Shown: piece by piece, positions 19,183-29,859 of the stretch
How the letters are laid out: every line of letters starts with the position of its first letter
How positions within the stretch are numbered: the stretch's first letter is position 1
Source: Trypethelium eluteriae
Taxonomy: Eukaryota
Length of the DNA stretch: 32,410 nt
Assembly: GCA_051942245.1 (NCBI GenBank)
Contig: JAVECL010000260.1
Span: 1 to 32,410 of the forward strand
Direction of reading: 5' to 3'
The notes under the pieces: model-generated
What the model was told of the DNA's origin: nothing
The model's database searches: none
What the model saw: the letters and a program-made list of their open reading frames with translations, nothing else
Position numbers and translations under genes: made by a program

Positions 19183-21638
19183 ATGTACCGAACTGCTCTT
19201 CGCAACCCTTTTAGCTCCTCTCGAAGCGTCACCAGCGACCAGATCCTTATCAGTCCCCCTACTGCCAGTTCAATATATGGCGAGGAAAGTACACCTCTAC
19301 CAGATCTGAAGAGCGGAGAGTCAATCAAGCCAACGAGTCCACAATTCGCGGACAGCGCGTCACTCTTTGCACCCTCAAAGCAAGTCCTGCAAGACTATCA
19401 ACGATGGCTCAAAACAAACAACAAGGATGGTGACGCGAGCGGACGCGATCGAAGTATGCCTCATTCCGACGACCCCGTGGGTATGCACCTTCTTGTAGAG
19501 ACGGCTATGGGTGATAGCGAGGAATTCAGGATATTGTCTGTTGAGGAGGTGGAGGAACTAAAGAAAGAGAAGCGGAAGCTGTCGGCGCAGATCGAGAGTG
19601 TCAGACGAAAGCTGGCGCTCGAGTCGAAAGTCCGAGATGCAGCGGTGTCCTTGACAAGATTGTATTCGCGGAAAGGACACTCACTGGATTCTGTACCCAC
19701 GCTCAAAAGGCACAGGAGGAATCAGAAGGGCAGCGACTCAAGTGTGGGAAGTAGAGATAGTGACGCTCTCAATCAGACCGAGGATGAACTCGCCGTCAGC
19801 ACGCGAAAATGTGATGACTTATCCAAAGAGATGTGGGATCTCGATATCAGATACAGGGCCATCGAGGGGCAGTTATTGAGACACACGGCTGGTGTGTTAC
19901 AAGCAACTCATGCTGGACCTAGAGTGCAAATGAAGGGAAGTGATGCGAACAGCTTACCACGACCGCAACCTCCTGATAGTCCGCAGAGTGTCTACAGCAC
20001 CATGGAGAAAAGACGAACTGCAATGACCCAGGATGACGACAACTTCGACGACCGGAGTTTCTATCGTGAAGCTGATCAGCTAGATGGCTTCGTGGATCGA
20101 ATGCGTATTAGGCAAAGCTCAATATACGATTCTGACACCGACAAGCCTCTACCAAGACCACCGGATTCCGCTACGGCGGATACCTTTGCCCTTTCGTCGA
20201 TTGCATCTCGATTAGCTACCTCAAATAAGCGACTACGAGAACTTTTACGCGAAACAGAGCAAGAAGTCGGCAACTCCAATTTCCCTGAACCCCCTGAAGT
20301 CTCCACCCCCGACCCACAGGAACAAATGAACTACCTTGATGAACTTTCCTATGAAGTCGAACGCGTCCATCGCTCTCTCGCCTCGCAGAACTCCTCTTCT
20401 CAAGACTCCACCATCATGGCCAATCTCTGGGATCTCGTCTCCGCCAACGAAGAACGCGCCCGCGAATGGAAGCGTCAACAACTCGAAGACCCCACCCAAG
20501 AAGCCGACACAGACGACGACGAACCAGCCGCCATCCCCAACGAACAATTCACCCCCGACGCCTTCGCCACCAAAGTCCAACGCCTCTGCAGCCGCGCCGG
20601 CATCCTCCGCGACCAGCAGACCATCCTCCGCCGGCAGATCCAACAGCAGCGCGACCTCCGCACTCAAGCCGACGCCAGCTCTGCCAACCTCGACACCCTC
20701 AACGAAGAAATCCTGCAAGCACGCGCCCGCCACGCCGCCGCAGAAACCGAGACCGGCGACGCCCGCGCCGAACTTGCCGCCGTCTCCGCTGAGCTCGAGC
20801 GCCTCCGCGAGACTAGCTCGACCAGGAGTGTCGCGCAGCAGGATGCGACAGGTTCTACGACTGACACTGCCACTACTGCTGCTGCTACCGCTGCCGCCGC
20901 TGAAGCTGAAGCCCGCGCCACGAAAGCGGAAGACGAGTTGCGGAATCTGGAAGGCGAGGTCGTGCGTCTGACGACGGAGCTCACGGTCGCGAAGGCAGAG
21001 CTCGATGGCGCGTACGGGACGCGAGCGCAGCGGGCGGCCGAGGGCGGCGCGGACTTGCGGCGGGAGGTGGAGGATTTGTCGGCGAGGAATGCCGGGTTGC
21101 AGAGCCGGGCGGAGACGCTGCAGCGGGAGCTCGAGGGGACGCTGGCGGAGTACGAGGAGTTGGTGAAGGGGAGTGTGGAGGCGGAGAGGGAGCGGGATGG
21201 GCTGGAGGGCGTGTGTGATGGGCTGCGGGAGCGGGTGGAGGGGCTGGAGGCGAAGTTGAGCGAGGAGCGGATTCGCTGGATGGGGGTGAAGAGTCCGGCG
21301 ACGGCGGCGGCGCAGGGAGGCGTTGGAGCGTCGCCGGGGCAGGAGACGACGAGTACGGTGGTGTTGAAGAATGAGTTTAAGCGGATGATGAGAGACACGC
21401 GGACGGAGAATCTGAAGATGTTGAGGGTGAGTTACTCCACTTTTCTCTTGAGCCCTTTATTACGTTGTTGGATGACTTTGATTGTGATCAAGGGCTTTGA
21501 GGCCATGGAATTGGGCTAATTCGTTCCGTCTAGGCTGAGCAAGAGGAGCGACGCAAACTTGAAGCGCTGCTCCGACAGATGCGGAAAGACGGGGCTCCCC
21601 CGAAATCGGGGTTGAGTCAAAGCACGCTTGCTGCATGA
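19183..21638 (+). CDS. Uds1 (up-regulated during septation)-domain coiled-coil protein, ~782 aa; exons 19183-21426, 21534-21638 (5' end uncertain)
   Basis: The segment DDPVGMHLLVETAMGDSEEFRILSVEEVEELKKE…KLALESKVRDAAVSL…CDDLSKEMW…LLRHTAGVLQATH matches my recollection of the Uds1 domain. A long C-terminal heptad region follows. Intron GTGAGT(21427)…GCTAAT…TAG(21533) gives the C-terminus AEQEERRKLEALLRQMRKDGAPPKSGLSQSTLAA*. Confidence 0.85.
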
Positions 21639-22096
21639 GTTATCAATCTTCATCTGAGCGAATATCTTTTGGGATCTAGGGCACATCATGCTCGAGCGTT
21701 GATACGGGGAGGATTAGTGCCGGCATTATAAGGCGTTTGTGTGATAGACCAACAATTCCCCGACATAAGGGTCAAAGAGGCGGCATTGTTTGAATAGACG
21801 TTTCTGCTATGCCAGTATGTGCAGATACTTTTGGCAAAAATAGAGCCGAGGGGATGTGAACACGCATTGAAGATCTTCTTTCTGACCATTGAGAAATTTT
21901 TCATAGTTTTCCTAAATATCCGTTACTTTCCCTGCAAGCGACCCTTCGTCTTCCCATTCCATGATTGTCGTATCCTTGCTATCGATGCTCGTTCGAGTGC
22001 CGAGGCTTGGACATTTTTGTACAATCCAGCAAGATCTAAAATTTTCCGGTTTGGCTCTACATCCATGGCCACGCGAAGGCGCCATTGTATTCAAGT

Positions 22097-22789
22097 CTAT
22101 GGCCGTCGCGTTTCTCCGCCCTGCCTCACATTCGACTGGACTTGATCTGATCCTGGGTTCCCCTCTGCTAATTCCTGAGCCTTGTCCGCCAACCCACCTG
22201 TGCCTTCGAAATCGCGAGCTTTAGTCGGCCTAAGTTTTGCGCAAGACATCAGCATTGACTTCTCGGGATGAGCTCTCTCTTAGAATTTATGGGTTTGAAT
22301 GGAGGATAAGGGGTTTCTGAAGGCAACGCAGAGATTGGAGATGGGGCCAATGGCACGGATGTGATTCATGTAACAAGAGGGAAAGAAAGACGTACTGTCC
22401 TGTCCGCGGATTGATCTCTCCACCCTCTTCAAGCGGGATCTCACGATTGCCACCCGCTCCGGAGGCAGCGCTCCCATATGTCACATCTGCACCGGGGAAC
22501 TTCTGTTGAACGGTTTCGTCGACGCCGGACTCAGCAGCTACATCAGTGTTAACAGAGCTTGGTTCTGAGTTTGAGCGAACGCGGATATTGATTGGCGTAA
22601 GGAAACCCACGATAAGTAGGTAAGAACGAGCAAAAAGGAGGAATGGAACGCACTGGAATCGCTGGCACCCTTTGCGTGACGTGCAGAGAGACTCGCATCA
22701 TGACCCATTTTTGCAGCCCTGGAGTTGAGGTCTGCCTCGGCTTGCTGGGCAAGTTGGAGAGGATCCTGGCCTTCGTATTCCTTAGACAT
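22097..22789 (-). CDS. Small hydrophilic Gly/Glu/Gln/Ala-rich protein (136 aa), possibly hydrophilin/stress-type; exons 22789-22654, 22537-22396, 22229-22097
   Basis: Two GT-AG introns (GTGCGT…TAG; GTACGT…GCTGAT…TAG) give a 411-nt frame: MSKEYEGQDPLQLAQQAEADLNSRAAK…SDSTAESGVDETVQQKFPGADVTYGSAASGAGGNREIPLEEGGEINPRTGQPTKARDFEGTGG…RQGGETRRP*. Confidence 0.82.
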
Positions 22790-23301
22790 GTTTATAGGCT
22801 GGTATTGGTATGCCTGAGGTCGAGTACAGCGTATGGAAAAAAGAATCGAAGAGCGATTAAACTGAAATAAGTGGGAGTGGGGTGAAGAGGGTGTCGTGTG
22901 TTGTGTCCTAGCCTCTGGAAGAGATGGGTCTGGTGGGGTGTTTGTGGACATGTACGTCATCATCCGTGATTTGGCTGGCGATCTGCGATGGCGTGGATGG
23001 ATCGAATTTTGATTTCCGCATCTCCTGACTCAGGTACCGATAGACCATAGAGGCCACGGTGAGCACTTCGACATTTTCAAAATGAGGTAGAAGCACTATC
23101 AAAAGTGTAAAATAGAAAATTTTGCAATTATATCCTGATGCTCAACAAGAGAGACCTGTATATCTCCACGCAGAATTCGGCAATCGTTGCCTCCATACCC
23201 AAAAACCATATTTCAACTCGAAGCAAAGACCAAGGGAAGAAATCTCGAGGCATACATCCAGCCCTCCAATCTATCGATACCCCCAATTCCCTTCCTCATC
23301 A

Positions 23302-24863
<1,562 letters not shown>

Positions 24864-25756
24864 GTTTGCAAATAATTCAGACGCGTATCAATTGCGGAAG
24901 AGAGGTACAGAGAAATGACAAGACTCGGCAGTAATATTGGTTGATCAACCTTTATTGAGGTCTAATAATATGAGGCTCTTGCACCTAATTGGGGTTGTGA
25001 GCAAGGCTTGGACGAATGCCTGCGAGTACTGCGCCCCAATCCCAAGGGTGTGATAACACGGCCAGACAGCAGGCCGGCCAGGTGTGAAACGAGTGGTGTA
25101 GGCGAGGAAGAAGCAATGCCAAAAGGGCCAAAACAACGACGACTTTTTGAAGAGAGCAAAACAGCAAGGCAGGAGAATATGGAGACGGTGACGGTGACGG
25201 TGGTGCTCGAGCAGGCTACTTCAGGGAGGTGCCACGAACGCGCCGACTGGGGGGATTTGATTCGAGTGCGGGGCAGTTCTCATTGGAGGGGCTCATCAGG
25301 CTCAGGCCGGTTTGACGCAGCTCATGAACGATGTGGCATCCTTGCTGCTTACGCTCACCGTCATCAGGGCCCTTTACCATGGCCCTCTCGCGAATCCTCC
25401 GGGCCCGATGAAGCGGTGACTGGACCTGCAGACAGACAGCCCAAATGAACCTAATTTCGCCCTACAGGCTCCAGTTACCAAGAAGAGGCGGTCCGCCGTG
25501 GTGACAACGTCATGAGCTCCATGCAGTGAACTCAAATGATGTGTGCAAGTGTAAATACAAGAAGATTACAGATTAAATGCCTTCTCACTTCCGCTTCACC
25601 GAGAGCCGTCCGCATGATGACCACCCTTTCACTAGTGTCCACCAAAACCTGAAGCGGCGACCAGCCTAGGTCCCACTATCCTAATGCTTTTCAAAAACCA
25701 AAGGAAAGAAAAAACGCCAGGTGCCCACCAACGCCTTGCTGTAATATTTCATCAAG

Positions 25757-28087
25757 TCATCGGCGCAAACTCGAGTCCGTCGTGGATCCAGCGGGTTCGC
25801 TCAGATCGCTAGGTTCACTAGGTTGACCTTCAAACGAAAAGCGGAAGCCACTAAATTCCGGCTGTAATGGAGATATAGGTCCTCGATCCTCCAGATGGAC
25901 GGGGGTAAGCGGTCCTCTATCGGAGGAATGAACCGGTGATATTATATCCGAGGGCTGCACTGGCGACGATGCAAGAGTGCTGCTGCGAAAGGTATTGCTT
26001 TCGCGGTTCGATAAAGAATTACTTTCGTGATTTGATAAGGTATTGCTACCTCGATTTGACAGGGTGTTGCTTCCTCGGTTTGTTAGGCTGTCTCTGCCAT
26101 TCCCGGAAGTTGGCGACGGCAGCGGGTCCACGCCATTGTAGATGCGCTCTCTCAGCATCATTGCCTGCTTCTCGCCTACAGCCGGTGCGTCCATTTCTTG
26201 CCGACTCGGCGCATCGCCAGGCATCTCGTAAATCTCGCGCTCTTTGTTGTCTGCTTCGGCAGGGTCCGAAGGTGTGCCGGGTCCACTAAGGCTCATCAAG
26301 CCATTTCTCGACAGATGAGGTGTGAAGAAGCCGGTACTAGGACTGCCCGGACTTCCCGGCGTGGTTGGAGTAACAGCTGAATTGGGTCGATAATTGAGCT
26401 CATCAAAAGGATTTCGCTCATTGGCATGCTCTGCCTTGTCTTTTCCATGTCTATTCACAGGTTCCACTGCTGGAAGTTCTGCTTTAGGGAAGACCCGACT
26501 GTCGTCTGGTTGCTCAGTCATTGGAGAAGCTCCTTTCTCCCCAGTCACTTCTGAATCGCGACGGTGCTTTCGGCGATTATGGAGAACAAGGAGAGCAAGC
26601 AGGATACTGATCACGACGACCGCGCCGATGACAATTCCAATGATCGCACCGGTGCTGAGCGAACTCGATGGGGAACTGGAGGCATTGGTGTATTGGCTGG
26701 CGTCACTGCCATCTGTCGGAGGTTGGATAGCAATGATGTTTTTTTCCATCTGATTTGGCCACACGCATTGAGAGACACTGAAGTTGGCGTTTTCCCACTC
26801 GACGATAAGGTATGCCTCTTGTAAAAATGTTCGACCAAGGGTATACTGAGTTTCATTGGCCGCGCGGCGTAACGGAAAATATCGCGATTGGTTGGTAAGC
26901 CCCTGGTACGGTGGTAGTGCGGTAAGGTCAAAGCTACTGTACGGCAAGACAATATCGACGGCATCGCCACCACTGGGGCCCACACCCAGGGTGAAAGTGA
27001 TGCTTGGATCTTGCTGCAAAAGCTGAGTGTGCAAGGAGTCGTTCACCAGATATAACTCTGTCGTCTGGTCAAACACAAGACCGAAGGTATCTTCAAATTT
27101 CCTGCAGGCATCTAGTGGTAGCCAGATCTGCGGGACAGTCGAATCGATGTATGCATCCATGGGCTCTGACAGCATATTCGCATTGATGGTGCCATTTCCA
27201 GTAACGTTGATTGAACGGATACCAACAACAATGTCGCGTTCGTTGTCGGGTCCAAGCACAAAGGTTAGATTATTCGGTTCAAATCGAGCAGCATCGTAAC
27301 CACCAAGGGTCAGACTGGCAAGTGTTCCAGTGAAGCCTCCTAAATATCTAATCAGTAAAGGCAGAGACGATGTTGTCTTCCAAGTGGGCTAGCTTACTAT
27401 ACTTCGCTCCCGCCGAATATCCAAAGGACTTGCTTGGAATAAGATTTTGTGTACGAAGGTCCTCCATATAGCTTGGCGAGGGATCTGAGAAGTTGGTAAA
27501 GTTTGTCGGCTTCGGATTCAGTCCAAATACGCCAAGATAGAAATCATTCACGGCCAACGCTGCAACGGTCTGATTTGGCAGTGAGGGACCACCCTGACCT
27601 ACACCGCCCAAGCCAACGGTATCGTAGCCGTAGTTGGCATTGCCATAATAGCCCAGGTTCGTCTCAATCCACAAATCCCACAGCCCATTATCCTGCCAGC
27701 TTGTGGACTTATTAAAGTCGAAGAACCAACCGCGGTGGTTTTCGCAATCGGAATCCGAAGACTGGTAGCAACCCAGTGGCTGTACCGTCCATATTTGCTG
27801 ATCTGCAGTAGAGGGGAGGACTCGAACGTATTGTGAGGGAGTTCCCACGCTCAGGGTAAATGAATTCCAAGCACCGTCGATGCCATCCCTAGGCTTGTGT
27901 CAGTACAGCTTCTCAGTATTTGATAGACCGGTATGAAGCAATACCAGTTTTCATCGGGATCAAATGAAATGGGCGCTGGCGTAGCGGACGCACGCGGCTC
28001 CAGTTCACTACCTCGCGAGCGGGGTGCATTCACGAGTAGTAGTAAAACGACGGCTACGCAGGACAAAGATAACGAGCGTCGTCCCAT
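25757..28087 (-). CDS. Pepsin-like (A1) aspartic-protease-fold type I membrane protein with degenerate catalytic motifs, ~738 aa; exons 28087-27945, 27888-27398, 27339-25757
   Basis: Signal peptide, then WDGIDGAWNSFTLSVGTPSQYVRVLPSTAD, YGYDTVGLG, LIPSKSFGY, SLTLGGYD, AYIDSTVPQIWLP and YTLGRTFLQEAYLIV. A TM helix GAIIGIVIGAVVVISILLALLVL (~26582-26650) is followed by NRRKHRR and a ~270-aa Pro/Ser-rich cytoplasmic tail. Confidence 0.9.
25991..26090 (-). repeat. 24-bp (8-aa) tandem repeat x4 in the cytoplasmic tail
   Basis: Translation SLTNRGSN-TLSNRGSN-TLSNHESN-SLSNRESN. Confidence 0.85.
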
Positions 28088-29233
28088 ATTGCCCAAGGCT
28101 GGTCAGTGTTTACAGTCGCACAGCATGTCGACAGGAATGGCGCTGGACAAACACAATTCTGCTCAGCAACAACCTGAGAGACTTCGTAACCAGTAACGAA
28201 CGACAGGGTAGAGGTGGAGAAGAAAAACGAGAGAATAGGCGGAAGACGGAACCGCTGCTATCAGCGCTAATCACTCCATGGCTGGACGAGAGATCTGGCG
28301 GCGTCGCGAGCCGGTAGTAGAGCAAAGCACAGAGTGGTGGGAATTGGCCTTGCTACGGCCTGCCTCTCGAATTGCGTCTTTGCGCAAGGTTGAGTGCTAG
28401 GCGAAAACAGGACATGGTGCCGCCTCCGCCGACCGGAGAGCCCCAATGGCTTGAAAAGCCAAGATTGGAGAGACAATAAGGTAATTACGCCAGCGGAGCT
28501 GCGCACCTGTGCTCGGTAGTGAGTGTAGTGTGCCTTCCTAGGGTAGGTGCGAAATGCCTGTTCGCACGAGGGTTTGTCAGGCCTTTCTCTATCCAGATCG
28601 ACGCACCCGCAAACCGCTGCCGACCTAGACTGTGGATAGCTAGGGTAGGCGAAGAGCCAACATGTCATTCTTCCGGAAAAAGCATTGTTGTAGGTAAGGG
28701 CAAGGAACGCTTTTTGATTTCATATTGCAGCAGATATTAAGACAGGCTTGGGATTGGTGAAAGCATCTGGGATCGGCGGACCTGACAGTCTCATGTGAGC
28801 CTGGGTCGCTGGCGACGACGATGATGAGAAGGCCAGACAGGTGTAGGTGGTGCTGTCAACCCAGCTCTCGGGAATGCAGACCAGGATGGGACCGGGATGA
28901 GCGAGAGATTAGGTGTACCTAAGCTGAATCTTGGAAATGGCAACCACGTGAAACACCCTGTTGTAACCCTGTCCGGCGCCATGCATAATTGATTTCTCTT
29001 AAGTGCATTTCCTGCAGTTCCCACCATCCGTCCAGCTCTCCCGATCCGTCTTTCCTCCTTCTGCCTCTCCTCGGACCTGCCCCTGAAAGGAGGCGACGGG
29101 AGAGAAACGTCGAGGCGGTCGTGGCTAAGGTTCGAGCAGGCTCGCGCCGACACCTTTCGGCAAACTTTGACGAAAGTTACCAAAGAAGGGCTTTGCCGGA
29201 TCGTCGTAGGCGGGAGGCACCGATGGGGCGGAT

Positions 29234-29280
29234 GGTGTCTTGGCTGTCTAAGGTGTCAGTGGTGTCTAAGGTGCTAAGGT
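29234..29280. repeat. Degenerate 9-bp tandem repeat x5 in the divergent intergenic region
   Basis: ggtgtcttg gctgtctaa ggtgtcagt ggtgtctaa ggtgctaa ggt. Confidence 0.6.
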
Positions 29281-29859
29281 AGTGAGCCGGCTGGAGCGGG
29301 AGCGATTAGAGAGGTCCACCCAGCGCTCAGACGGTCTGAAGTGCCTGAATCTGGAAAGCCAGTGCGAGCCCATCATCCTGATCGGGACTCGACTGGTCGG
29401 CGATTGGAGCAAGCTGCTTCCAGGCGTGCCCAAGTCCAGAGGCCGATTTGTCAATTAGCCGACGGCTCAACAACATCAGAGTCATGCTATGCACAGAAGA
29501 GCTAGACTCCAGCGGACCTCGCTCCACACCGTGGCTGCCTAAGATTTGGCCGAGACCATCGGAGGGGCTCTCGAAATGCGCAAACCCTACTAGGAAAATC
29601 TGCAGCTCAGGCTTGCGAAATCGTGAGATGCGTAGAGTTCTAGGGCGGCGACGCCGGAGTTGCGAGAACCAAATTCGTCGACATGGCGCTTCTCCCACTC
29701 CACTTCGACTATCTAACCTCCACACTCGCCGGACCTCATCTCGTCCGTCTCTCGCTCGTTCGCTCGCTCGCATTCGTTCGTGAAAGGCCCAATGGCGTTC
29801 GCGTAGCAATCACGTCTCAAAGCAACTGAGCCCTTCGTTTCGTTTCCGTCGTTGCCAGT

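Noticed and set aside
20245..21398. Long overlapping and antisense ORFs (162, 211, 244 aa) within the Uds1 gene
   Set aside because: Explained by the extreme C/G codon bias, which removes stop codons from other frames.
21427..21519. Hydrophobic C-terminus VSYSTFLLSPLLRCWMTLIVIKG of the 778-aa ORF as a membrane anchor
   Set aside because: It is translated intron (GTGAGT…GCTAAT…TAG). The spliced C-terminus is coiled-coil.
24864..25756. Rlm1-type CTA(W)4TAG sites upstream of SLT2 or the other wall genes
   Set aside because: I did not spot an exact match by eye, so co-regulation by Rlm1 is unsupported. A motif scan would be needed.
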